A DNA stretch of 64,000 bases from contig CAWAGQ010000017.1 of NCBI GenBank assembly GCA_963781585.1, forward strand, positions 18,469-82,468, given 5' to 3'. This document shows, piece after piece, positions 19,450-28,992 of this stretch (positions are counted from its first letter, which is position 1; the number at the start of each line of letters is the position of its first letter). The notes beneath the pieces were generated by a model. That model saw only the letters and a list, made by a program, of their open reading frames with translations. It had not been told where the DNA came from and did not search any database. The stretch is from an uncultured Gemmatimonadaceae bacterium (GTDB lineage Bacteria > Gemmatimonadota > Gemmatimonadetes > Gemmatimonadales > Gemmatimonadaceae). The position numbers and the translations under genes were made by a program.

Positions 19450-19558
19450 TGCGGCGCGCGATCGGTGTCGCCAGACCGCCTGGCGTGGCGCGCAGCGGTG
19501 TCGCCGGACCACAGGGCGCAGGAGGGGCTCAAATTGCAACGCCGGCGCGGTGCCGTTG

Positions 19559-20128
19559 TCAGAGGCGCACGACGGCGGCCTTCGCGATGGCCTTCTCGAT
19601 GTCCTCCTCCTGCGCGATGGTGAGCTTGCCGCCGTTCACGCGGATCTGCATCGCGTGCCTTCCCTCGCGCACGTTGAGCCCGCTGTCGAAGCCGGGCGTC
19701 ACCACGAAATACGCCTCGTCGCCGATCCCGCTCACCGGCGTCTTGGTGATGCCCTGCACCGGCGTCTTGCCGATGTCGAACGATTGCGTGGTGATGAGAC
19801 TGATGACCGCCTTCTTGTCACCGATGCTGGCGTTAGGCACGTTGCTGAACGCGCAGATCGTGGTAATCGGGTGTCCATTCACAGGCGGGGGCGTCTTGCC
19901 CGGGAGCACCGTGATGCCCAGCGCTGCGCTGACCTCCGCGGGGGTCACAAGGGCGCAGGCATCGCCGGTTGCCAGCTGGCGGGCTGCCAGCGAGCTGGTG
20001 CCACGTCGAACTCCGGCAGTGACACCGGTGTCGCGGCGAGGTGTCGTTCGGTTGGCGCCGGGGAGCGCGGGCGACCACCCCAGGAGGAGGGATGTGGCGG
20101 CCACGGCCGCCATCTGCGTCGAATGCAT
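19559..20128 (-). CDS. Secreted hypothetical protein (DUF3558-like)
   Basis: Signal-like N-terminus; DACALVTPAEVSAALG and VSGIGDEAY motifs. Confidence 0.7.
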   Translation of the reverse strand: MHSTQMAAVAATSLLLGWSPALPGANRTTPRRDTGVTAGVRRGTSSLAARQLATGDACALVTPAEVSAALGITVLPGKTPPPVNGHPITTICAFSNVPNASIGDKKAVISLITTQSFDIGKTPVQGITKTPVSGIGDEAYFVVTPGFDSGLNVREGRHAMQIRVNGGKLTIAQEEDIEKAIAKAAVVRL

Positions 20129-20403
20129 GGTGAGCCCGGAAGAAAGTCCGCGAACTGCGATCCACCACCGCTCGACGATGCACGCGGCCGGGTGCAGCGT
20201 CAAGGCGTCGACTGAAGGAGCCGATGTGGATCGGGATGTCATGAACGACTGCCAGGAGCGCCATGACCATGCGTCAGGTCGCGATCGCACCCCGGCGGCC
20301 GGCGCCGAGCCGCTGGAACACACTGCGCGCGCTCCGTGTGCTGAGTTGGTGGGGGAGGAGGCCATAGGTCGAGGGCCAGGGATCGAAGGCCAGCTGTCTG
20401 AAC

Positions 20404-22311
20404 TTAGTGCGGCCGGCGCATCTGCGGATTGAGGCGCTCGTAACACGTCCGCTCGCGCGACTGGTCCTCGTTCACGCATCGCACGTAGTCCCCGTAGCTG
20501 CTGTGTTGCACCGGAAAGTCGAGCTGATCAAAAGTCGCGAGCCCGACGAAGCCGTCGGCGAGGTTGCCCGGCTGACGCAACTGCAGCGACGGTGAAGGGT
20601 GCGGTGTGCACAGCAGGATCCTGCGCCAGCACGCCTGCTGGGCGACAGGAACCTGAAGCACCAGTCCGCTGCGGGTCTCGAAGGATTGTGTCTCCGGGTC
20701 CGGCAGCGGGTGGAGGCCATGGTCGGGTCCCGGGTCCACGAGCAGTGTGCGTTGCAGTCCCTGGAAAATCGCGCCAAGGCTGTTGGTGCGCCTCGGCGGG
20801 TCGCTCCAGACCGCATGCAGGAGTACCGGAACGACGGCGCTGAGGCCTACCAGGAACATCAGCAGCGTGCGCGACATCGCGGGCCTCCACATCCACACCA
20901 TCCGCACGAGTACAGCGCCGAGGACTGCGGCCAGCGACCACTCGAGCGCGAATCCGAAGCGGTAGGATGGGGCCGTGAAGAACCAGAAGAGGAGCCCGAT
21001 GGCGAGCGGCGCAGCGAGCCACATCCACAGAGCGCCCCGGGCACCGCGCCGTACGCCAACAAGGATGATGAGGACCGCGAGCAACAGGGACAGGACAAGC
21101 GGTTCCAGCGTGAGACCCCACAGGTAGTAGCGCTGAACCAGCTTGTCCCAGAGATACGGCAGCCACGACCAGTCCACTCCGTACGCCGTGTCGTCGGCAT
21201 ATCGCGACCCCTGTGTGATCCAGCCGGCCTCGGCGACGGCCAGCAGGCGCGGCGCGCGCCAAGGCAGCGGCAGACCGGTCGCCGCGACCGGGTAGACGAG
21301 ATAGCCGCTCAACACCACGCCATGGAGCATCCATACCGCAAGGAAGGCCGTCGGGAAAATCAGCGCGCCTGTCCACGAGCGCCATTCGGAGCGGGCTTTC
21401 ACCCAGGCAAAGGCCAGCAGCAGCACTCCGGCGCCGGCGACGAAACCGGCCGCGCTCGGTTTGCTCAGCAGCGTCAGAGCCAGGAGCAACGCCGTCAGCC
21501 GGAACTGCGTCGATCTCGACCCGCTCCATTGCTGGCCGTCGTCGCGCAGAAAGTTGAGCAGTGCGAAGATGGCCGCCATGAGGAAGATGGCGGTGGCGAC
21601 GTCGGGTGTGGGACTGGCGTTGTTCCTGTCGATCAGAAGCTCCACGAAAGCCGGAAGCAGGAAGACGGCGTAGAGCGACGATGCGCGTGGCAGCGTGCGT
21701 TCCCGGAGCACTCGACCGAGCGAACTGAACGCGGTGAGTGCCATGGCGACGATCAGGACACTGTTGCAGAAATGACTTGCCCGTCCCTCCAACCATCCCG
21801 AATCGAACAGCGCGCCCCACAGCGACGCCACCGAATTGAATGCCATGCGCCCATGCAGGTTGGCGAGGCCCGGAACGGCTGGATACTGCACGTACCAGGC
21901 AATGACGGGAATGTGGTACACGGCGGAGTCGTACTGCGTGACCGGAGCCGTCGACCGGTGGGCCGCCCAGAGACAGAAGAGGACGAACAGCGCGCCAACA
22001 ACTGGTCCGAGCGAGCGCGCTTTCCGCCCGACAAGTTGCCCCACGTCGGCGCGATGCCTGACGAGACCCACCAGGCCAATGCCGATCACCACTGCCTGTA
22101 TCGCGGGACCAATGCGGATCACGAGGTGCGCGCCAAGCAACAGGAACAGGAGCACGGCCAGCCCGGTCCAGAACAGGCGGGTGAGGTCGCTGGGTCGCAT
22201 GGTTCGGCTGATCACCAGCGGCCAGGCGAACGCGCCCCATCCGATGACCGCGCTGGCCGACACCAGCCAGACCACAACGACGAAGCAGATCCCGGTGAGG
22301 TACTGGATCAT
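20404..22311 (-). CDS. Polytopic membrane protein (LIC_10190-like, possible GT-C fold)
   Basis: Many TM helices; YDSAVYH, PGLANLHGRMAFNS, SPTPD, LSGYLVYP and APSYRFG motifs; ATGA overlap with the upstream sulfatase-like gene. Confidence 0.75.
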   Translation of the reverse strand: MIQYLTGICFVVVVWLVSASAVIGWGAFAWPLVISRTMRPSDLTRLFWTGLAVLLFLLLGAHLVIRIGPAIQAVVIGIGLVGLVRHRADVGQLVGRKARSLGPVVGALFVLFCLWAAHRSTAPVTQYDSAVYHIPVIAWYVQYPAVPGLANLHGRMAFNSVASLWGALFDSGWLEGRASHFCNSVLIVAMALTAFSSLGRVLRERTLPRASSLYAVFLLPAFVELLIDRNNASPTPDVATAIFLMAAIFALLNFLRDDGQQWSGSRSTQFRLTALLLALTLLSKPSAAGFVAGAGVLLLAFAWVKARSEWRSWTGALIFPTAFLAVWMLHGVVLSGYLVYPVAATGLPLPWRAPRLLAVAEAGWITQGSRYADDTAYGVDWSWLPYLWDKLVQRYYLWGLTLEPLVLSLLLAVLIILVGVRRGARGALWMWLAAPLAIGLLFWFFTAPSYRFGFALEWSLAAVLGAVLVRMVWMWRPAMSRTLLMFLVGLSAVVPVLLHAVWSDPPRRTNSLGAIFQGLQRTLLVDPGPDHGLHPLPDPETQSFETRSGLVLQVPVAQQACWRRILLCTPHPSPSLQLRQPGNLADGFVGLATFDQLDFPVQHSSYGDYVRCVNEDQSRERTCYERLNPQMRRPH

Positions 22312-24194
22312 GGTGGGGCAGGCCACGGCCACGCGCGCGCATCCCGGCGGCCAACGGATCGCCACTGCAGTCCCTCCGCGCGCACGGTGGACTCCAGCTC
22401 GTTCGCCCACGACGCGGTGTCGGCCCGGGGCACCACGAGGTTCTGTTCCTCGAACACGTCGCTGCGGTACCGGAACACCGAGAGCCGCCCGTCACCGTCC
22501 CGAATGATGTGGAGCGAGTCGTTCACGACACTCTTCATCGGGCCGTGGCTCTGCAGCAATACCGTCGTCACCCCGATCTCCTGGTCGAGTTCAGCCAGTA
22601 CCGGGTTGCCAGCCGGTTCCGGCTGATTGCGCCAGAGGGGCACCAGCGACGTGCCCGGGAAGGAGTCGGCGCCGGCAACGTCGGCCAGGGTGAGCAGGGT
22701 GCGCGGCAGGTTCCGGAGTGACACCTGTTGGCTGACTCGAGCCGGCGGTTCGCCAGGGGCGAAGAATATCAGGGGGACGTGCAGCACCTGCTCATACAGA
22801 CTGTTTCCGTGGAACTTGCGTCCATGTTCGCCGAACTGTTCGCCGTGATCCGATGTGATGACAACAATTGTGTGCGCCAGGGCGCCGGAACGCTCCAGCA
22901 CCTGGAGCAGGCGTTCGAGTTCGAGGTCGAGGCGCCGAATCGCGTTCTCGTACTCGGACCGGGTATTCGGACGAGCGTCGCTCAGTGCGCCCCTGCTTCC
23001 GGGGCCGAGATACGGGGTGTGGGCATCGAACAGATTGAGGAACGCGAACCAGGGTCGCCCGGACTCGAGGCGGCCCTGCCAGCGCAGGAACTCGTCGATC
23101 GTGGTGCGCGAGGTGATCCGCTGGTGCGTGATCTCGTTGGCGACCGGCCGAAAGTCGTTTGCCGAGAGGTGGCGCGCGATCTGGCGAGGAGACCGTCGGC
23201 GGGCCACGTCCTGCGCGATCTGGAGGACGAGGTCGGCCTGGGTAATGGTCGTGTGCCGCACGATCTCGGCGAGCGACCGGCGCATGGCGCGATAGGTGAT
23301 GAATCCCTGTTCGAGGCCGCTGCCGTCGCCGGTAACGATCACGTTGCCGGTGAAGCCGCCCGTGGCCCATCCGTGGGCCCGAAAGACTTCAGCGAGGGTC
23401 ACCGCGCCGGGCGAGAGCGGTGTGAGGTAGTTCACGCCGGTTTCGGTGGCGTGCCGTCCGGTGAAGACCGACGCGTGCGACGGCATCGTCCACGGCGCCG
23501 TGGCGTAGGCCTGCTCGAAGACCACCGCACCGGTGGCGCGCCGGGCGATCGCCGGCATCGTGAGCGGAGCGCCGCCCCCAAGGCCGGTGCTCGACTCGCG
23601 GACCGTGTCGAGAATGATGAGCAACACATTGGACGCGCCTGGCGGAGCGGGGGGGAGCGCCTGGAGCGCCGCCGCCTCGCGTCGGAGTGGCACGACGATC
23701 TGCCAGACACCCGCAGCGACCGCAACGGCGCCGAGCCCGACGGCGGTGCCCGTTGCCAAACGCCGCAGCAGGTCTTCACGGCGCGCCAGTCGCGGGGCGA
23801 TGAACGTCCCAAGCCCGGCAGCCAGGACCATCGACGCATAGCCGTGCATCTGCGTGAAGAGGAGCAGAATCGACAATGTGCCGAACGCGATCCAGACCCC
23901 GGTTGCCGTGTGCCAGGGGATGCCGTCGCGACGGACTGCGGCGATCAGTGCCATCAGTGCCGCGAGCGGAAGGAACACCAGCACATACCCGGCGGGAAGC
24001 ATCCACAACTCGTCAGGCGACGCCCATGGATAGCGGAAGACGCTATACCCGATCGGACGCAGGTGGATGAGCGCGAGATGGATCGCTGCTGTCAGGAGCG
24101 CGGACGCGAATCCGAGTTGCAACTGAGCTGCCGCGCGACCGAGGACCGATGACCTTCGCCTGCCGAGGACGTCGGGCTCCGAAGCCAGCCTCAT
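22308..24194 (-). CDS. Membrane-anchored sulfatase-like / alkaline-phosphatase superfamily protein
   Basis: N-terminal TMs; NVLLIILDTVR, APWTMPSHASVFTG, FDAHTPY, TSDHGE and HG motifs. Confidence 0.85.
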   Translation of the reverse strand: MRLASEPDVLGRRRSSVLGRAAAQLQLGFASALLTAAIHLALIHLRPIGYSVFRYPWASPDELWMLPAGYVLVFLPLAALMALIAAVRRDGIPWHTATGVWIAFGTLSILLLFTQMHGYASMVLAAGLGTFIAPRLARREDLLRRLATGTAVGLGAVAVAAGVWQIVVPLRREAAALQALPPAPPGASNVLLIILDTVRESSTGLGGGAPLTMPAIARRATGAVVFEQAYATAPWTMPSHASVFTGRHATETGVNYLTPLSPGAVTLAEVFRAHGWATGGFTGNVIVTGDGSGLEQGFITYRAMRRSLAEIVRHTTITQADLVLQIAQDVARRRSPRQIARHLSANDFRPVANEITHQRITSRTTIDEFLRWQGRLESGRPWFAFLNLFDAHTPYLGPGSRGALSDARPNTRSEYENAIRRLDLELERLLQVLERSGALAHTIVVITSDHGEQFGEHGRKFHGNSLYEQVLHVPLIFFAPGEPPARVSQQVSLRNLPRTLLTLADVAGADSFPGTSLVPLWRNQPEPAGNPVLAELDQEIGVTTVLLQSHGPMKSVVNDSLHIIRDGDGRLSVFRYRSDVFEEQNLVVPRADTASWANELESTVRAEGLQWRSVGRRDARAWPWPAPP

Positions 24195-24547
24195 GTGCCG
24201 GGTTCCGTTGGGTGAGGGACTCGGCCCGAACCGGCGAACACCTGGCCGTCTGCGCGTTACGCATCGCGGATGCACCGTTGCCTGACGAACAGACGAGCAC
24301 CGGCGTGCTCCATCGTTATGCATTGCGAAAATGCGTCGGGGTCGTCGGTGGATGATAGGATGCAGGTCACATTGGTTGTGCTCGCCAGGCGGTGCATGCG
24401 GCCACCGCCTCTGGCTGAGTCCGTCACCCGCCTGTAGCATAACGCGGCAGTTGACCGCGCCACCGCGAGCGATGGAATTGTGGCCAATCGCTTCCATCAG
24501 TCCACCCTCCGACGAATCGTCGGCACCTGCTTCTGGAGATATGGCAC

Positions 24548-25894
24548 ATGCACAGCTCGTCGTCCTTGATCCCCGGGCGGTTCCAGACCGGGTTTGTCAT
24601 TCCGGGGTTGGCCGCCCTGCTGGCGGCCTGCGCAGGCGACATCACGCAGCCGGCCTCCCGTGACGCGACCTTGCCCGCGGCCGCCAGCATCAGCCCGGCG
24701 GTCGCCAGCTCCTTTACCGGCTGCCGGACCGGCCCCCAGCCCGGTGGTGCGCTCTGGGAGATCTGCGTGCCACCAGTATGGAACGGCGACGTGGTGACGT
24801 GGGCGCACGGCTACCAGCAACCCGACGGTGGTCCGGAGCTGCCTAACGATGCGGTGAGCGGCGTGCCGGTGAAAGACATCGTGCAGGGGCTCCATTACGC
24901 GTACGCCGCCTCGAGCTACCGGCACAAGGGCCTGGTGGCCGATGTCGCGTCCCAGGATCTCGACGAACTCCCCGGCATCGTGCGCACCCAGACCGGCGCC
25001 GACCCGGGCCACTTCTACCTGGTGGGGGCGTCCGAAGGGAGCCTCTCCGCCATCCTGTCGCTCCAGCGCGCGGGGACCCCGTTCGATGGCGCGCTCGCCG
25101 TCTGCGGGCCGCTCGGCAGTTTCCGCGGACAGGTCAACTGGTTCGGCGATTTTCGGGCCGCCTTCGACTACTTCTTCCCCGGCGTGCTGCCGGGGGACGT
25201 GCTGGGAGTGAATGACGCCGCCCGCGCTCACTGGGATCCGGACTACATCAACGCCATCGCCGCGGCGATGGCTGCGTCGCCGGGGAAGACCGTCCAGTTG
25301 CTGCACGTAACAGGAGCGCCGGTGGACGCGGCCGATCCCACGTCCGCCGTGCAGACGGCAGTCGCCATCCTCTGGTACAACTTCTTCGCCGCCGCCGATG
25401 CCGTGTATTGGCTGCACGGCAACCCGTTCGACAACAGCCACAAGTGGTACACGGGATCAGCGAACGATCTGTTGCTCAACCTGCGTATCAGGCGCTATCA
25501 CGCCAGCGCCACCGCGCTCGCCGGGCTGTCGTCGTTCGAAACCAGTGGCGTCCTGCGCCGCGTAGCGGTGGCAGCGCATACCACCGGCGACCCGGTCGTC
25601 CCCTATTGGCAGCAGCCCCTCTACCAGGTCAAGACCGTGCTGGCCGGATCGGCTCTCCAGCTGGTGGCGTTTCCGGTTGGCCGCTACGGGCACTGCACCT
25701 TCACCGAGAGCGAGGTGCTTGGCAGCTTCGCGCTGCTGGTCCTCCGTGTCTCCTTCCGGGATCTGATTGCCTCCGCAAGCGTCTTTCACGGCGAGAGCGA
25801 GGCGCAGGAGTTCATGATGCGGGCAAGGCAGCAGGGCGCAGCCCCGCGCGTCATGCCGGAGCGCGACCTGGTGTCGGCGATGCTCCGGCGTTGA
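24548..25894 (+). CDS. Alpha/beta hydrolase fold lipoprotein
   Basis: Lipobox LLAAC; AHGY, GASEG, GDPVVP and GHC motifs. Confidence 0.75.
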   Translation: MHSSSSLIPGRFQTGFVIPGLAALLAACAGDITQPASRDATLPAAASISPAVASSFTGCRTGPQPGGALWEICVPPVWNGDVVTWAHGYQQPDGGPELPNDAVSGVPVKDIVQGLHYAYAASSYRHKGLVADVASQDLDELPGIVRTQTGADPGHFYLVGASEGSLSAILSLQRAGTPFDGALAVCGPLGSFRGQVNWFGDFRAAFDYFFPGVLPGDVLGVNDAARAHWDPDYINAIAAAMAASPGKTVQLLHVTGAPVDAADPTSAVQTAVAILWYNFFAAADAVYWLHGNPFDNSHKWYTGSANDLLLNLRIRRYHASATALAGLSSFETSGVLRRVAVAAHTTGDPVVPYWQQPLYQVKTVLAGSALQLVAFPVGRYGHCTFTESEVLGSFALLVLRVSFRDLIASASVFHGESEAQEFMMRARQQGAAPRVMPERDLVSAMLRR

Positions 25895-25973
25895 GGCGAT
25901 ACCGCTCGAGGCCCCGTGGGCACCGGCTTCCATCCGGCAGGCGGATGCGGGCGCTCCGTCCGATGAGGCGCGC

Positions 25974-26432
25974 GTGACCGGCGCGTGGCTCCTGGTCGCC
26001 GCCGTCGCCGTCGTGGCCCTCGCCTACGTCGTGTATCGCCTTGTCGACACGCGCGCACGACTCAGGTTCGAGGAATGGAAGTCGGCCCACAGCCAGGCGA
26101 TCAGTCGCGGCGCGATCAGGGGGAGTCAGGCCGCGGTCGCCGGAAGGGTGTTCGAGCGCGTCGCGCCGTATCTGCCGGACTTCGGCTACAACCCCAGGGA
26201 CGTACGCTTCATCGGCGACCCCGTGGATTTCGTGGTATTCGACGGACTGAGCGAAGGCAACGTGCGGAATGTCGTGTTCATCGAGGTGAAGACCGGTGCG
26301 GGCGATCTGAACGGAAACGAGCGCAAGGTGAAGCGCGCGATCGTCGAGCACCGGGTCGAGTGGTCGCTGTTCCGCATTCCGGATGGGCAACCAGGCGAAG
26401 CGGGTGGTGAACGCTCACACGGAAAGACATGA
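25974..26432 (+). CDS. Holliday junction resolvase-like endonuclease (Endonuc_Holl family) with N-terminal TM
   Basis: ERVAPYLPDF, RFIGDPVDFVVFDGL and FIEVKTG (PD-(D/E)xK) motifs. Confidence 0.85.
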   Translation: MTGAWLLVAAVAVVALAYVVYRLVDTRARLRFEEWKSAHSQAISRGAIRGSQAAVAGRVFERVAPYLPDFGYNPRDVRFIGDPVDFVVFDGLSEGNVRNVVFIEVKTGAGDLNGNERKVKRAIVEHRVEWSLFRIPDGQPGEAGGERSHGKT

Positions 26433-26968
26433 TCACGGTACGTTTCGCGGTTCAGACTTTCGTCCTCGCCGTCCTCGTTTCACGCGAGGCGACGGCGCAG
26501 GCGTCACCGCTGACGCTGCTGGGCTATCACACCTCCGCGCCCGCCGACTGGGTCGCGCGTCCGCCAGCGTCCTCCTCGCGTCTCGCGCAATTCGTGGTCC
26601 CGGGACCCACCCTGGCCGACAGTTCCGAAGTCGTCGTTTTCTTTTTCGGAACCGCGCAGGGCGGAAACGTCGATGCGAATCTGGAGCGCTGGAGGAGTCA
26701 GTTCTCGACCCCGGATCGCTCCCCGGTGCCGGAGCAGGTGACGCGCGACTCGACCGGCACGTTCCCGATAACGATCGCCGAGTTCAGTGGATCGTATCGA
26801 CGGGGCATCGGCGCGGGGTCGGCCGACTCGGTGCGCACGGGGCAGACGCTGGTGGCAACGATCGTGGAGACACCACGCGGAACGCTGTTCATTCAGCTCT
26901 TCGGGCCGACGGGACCCGTGGCGCGTGAACGCGAGGCGTTCCTGCGATTCGTGAAGGAGTTGAAGTAG
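26429..26968 (+). CDS. Exported hypothetical protein
   Basis: Signal peptide (ATAQA); GGNVDANLERW motif; ATGA overlap with the upstream gene. Confidence 0.75.
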   Translation: MITVRFAVQTFVLAVLVSREATAQASPLTLLGYHTSAPADWVARPPASSSRLAQFVVPGPTLADSSEVVVFFFGTAQGGNVDANLERWRSQFSTPDRSPVPEQVTRDSTGTFPITIAEFSGSYRRGIGAGSADSVRTGQTLVATIVETPRGTLFIQLFGPTGPVAREREAFLRFVKELK

Positions 26969-27032
26969 CGGCTTGAGAGCCCATCGGAACTCTTCATGCC
27001 GCAGGGCCAGCACGGGATCGAGCCGCGCGGGC

Positions 27033-27087
27033 TCATGCCATGGGAGAGTCCCGATGCGACTTCATGCCATGGGAGAGTCCCGATGCG
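27033..27087. repeat. Direct tandem duplication, 26-bp unit twice with 29-bp period
   Basis: tcatgccatgggagagtcccgatgcg at 27033-27058 and 27062-27087. Confidence 0.9.
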
Positions 27088-27090
27088 GGT

Positions 27091-27426
27091 TCAGGCGTAT
27101 CGCAGGAGACGGCCAACCCCCTGCGTGAGGCGGGCCCAGCTCTCCTGTTCGGCGAGGAGTTGCTTGCGGCCGGCGGCGGTCAGCGAGTAGAAGCGTGCCT
27201 GGCGGTTCTTCTCGGTGGTTCCCCAGGCGCCCTTGATCCAGCCCTCCTGCTCCATCCGGTGCAGTGCGGGGTAGAGAGATCCCTCCTCGACGCGCAGAAG
27301 ATTGTCCGACCCGGCCTGAATGTGCTGCGTAATGGCGTACCCGTGCAGGCCGCCGCGGACCGAGAGGGTTCTGAGGATGAGGAGGGAGAGCGTTCCCTGG
27401 AGGATGTCGTTCCTGGGTCGTGACAT
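27091..27426 (-). CDS. PadR family transcriptional regulator (acidobacterial type)
   Basis: LQGTLSLLIL, HGYAI, VEEGSLYPALHRME and NRQARFY motifs; alternative start at 27438. Confidence 0.93.
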   Translation of the reverse strand: MSRPRNDILQGTLSLLILRTLSVRGGLHGYAITQHIQAGSDNLLRVEEGSLYPALHRMEQEGWIKGAWGTTEKNRQARFYSLTAAGRKQLLAEQESWARLTQGVGRLLRYA

Positions 27427-27622
27427 TGGGCGCCCCATTCAGCTATGCATAACTAGCTATGTAATCATGACGTCGTGCTTCCCCATTGTCAAATGAACGT
27501 CCTGCCCGGGCGACCGGCTCCGTCCGCATGACGAAGGACCGCGCCGGCAATTCTGCCCATGGGCGCCCGGCCCCGGCTGCGGGGAGACGTGGCCGGCACG
27601 CCGGACGTACCCTTCGACAGCC

Positions 27623-28204
27623 ATGATATCTCCTGCCGCTGTCCTGTCCCTTCTCTGGATCGCCTGGCTCCTCGTCTGGGCGGTTGCCGCCATGACGACG
27701 GGGAAAACCGTGGTCCGGCAGTCGATGGGCTCCCGGCTCGCCCATTCCATCTTCATCTGGGGTGGCGCCATCCTCCTGTTCACGGACTCGCCCGGTCTCG
27801 GCGCATTGGGCCGCCGAATGCTTCCCGACCGGATGTGGCCCGGCTGGGCAGGCGTCGTGGTGGCGGTCATCGGTCTGGGATTCACGAGTTGGGCGCGGGT
27901 GCATCTCGGCCGGCTCTGGAGTGGGACAGTCACGCTGAAGCAAGAACACGCCATCATCCGGACCGGGCCGTACGCGGTCACCCGCCATCCGATCTACAGC
28001 GGACTTCTGCTCGCGCTCGCGGGCAGCGTCGTGGTGCGCGGCACACCGGCGTCGCTCATCGGATGCGCGCTGATCGCGGTCGGAGTGATGATCAAGGTGC
28101 GGCAGGAGGAAACTCTGCTGCTGCGGCACTTCGGCGACGGATATCGCGGCTATCAGGCTGCGGTGCCGGCGCTCGTTCCCCGCCTGCTCCGGCGACACGC
28201 CTGA
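27623..28204 (+). CDS. Isoprenylcysteine carboxyl methyltransferase (ICMT/Ste14) family membrane protein
   Basis: LGRLWS, TGPYAVTRHPIYSG and EETLL..FG..Y..Y motifs. Confidence 0.9.
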   Translation: MISPAAVLSLLWIAWLLVWAVAAMTTGKTVVRQSMGSRLAHSIFIWGGAILLFTDSPGLGALGRRMLPDRMWPGWAGVVVAVIGLGFTSWARVHLGRLWSGTVTLKQEHAIIRTGPYAVTRHPIYSGLLLALAGSVVVRGTPASLIGCALIAVGVMIKVRQEETLLLRHFGDGYRGYQAAVPALVPRLLRRHA

Positions 28205-28380
28205 CGAGATCCGACCGGGCGCGCCGGCGACCGCGGTCGGCACGGCTCACCGCGGGAGCGCTCGTTCCCACGCAGCGCCTGCGCGGCGCCACTCGGCGGA
28301 GCGATATTCCCTGGGCAACGTTGCCGCTTCGGCTCGTCTCGCCTGCCGGTTGCGGCGCCTTCAGCCGGGAGGATGGTTCC

Positions 28381-28992
28381 ATGCACCGCGCGAATGATCC
28401 ACGCTCACGCCGCGATTTCGTGGCCGGCGTCGGACAACTGGCGACGGCGGTCGCCCTGGGCGGGTATGCGATGCCCGGATCCACTGCGGCGGGCACTCCA
28501 GGTGTGGCGCGACCGTCGCCGGTGCCTGACGAGTGGGACCTGTCGTGGATCGACCGCCTTGCCACCGCGACCGACCGCGCCGTCTTCGACTGGCCCAGCC
28601 TCGGCAACCCGTCGGACCCCATCGTGCTGGAGATCGCCGCGCGCTACCTCGACAACTGCGCCGCCGCGTACGGGTCGCAGCGATATGAAGCGCGCGCGGT
28701 CCTGAACATACGAACGACCGCCGTGCCGGCAGCGCTCAATGACGAGGCCTGGCAACGTCATGCGCTGGGCGTCGAGTACAAGATTTCCGATCCGTTCACG
28801 CAGCAGCCCGCAGTCCGGAATCCCTTCTGGCATCGCGCGCCGGCTCCGTTGCCCGGGGTGACGTTGCCCAGCCTCACGGAGGCTGACGCGCTACGATCCG
28901 CCGTCGGATCGGCAGGCAGGCGATTACCTTGGGGGAAACAGCCCTTCCTGCCATGCCTGCTCCCCTCTCGCGAAGCCTCCTCGATCGGATGA
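28381..28992 (+). pseudogene. Tat-signal protein, apparently C-terminally truncated
   Basis: SRRDFV Tat motif; WDLSW, RAVFD and RNPF motifs. Protein-like character is lost after about 28875 and the tail runs into the xfp start. Confidence 0.5.

Noticed and set aside
27033..27087. Possible mini-CRISPR
   Set aside because: Only two copies separated by 3 nt, with no spacers and no cas genes.
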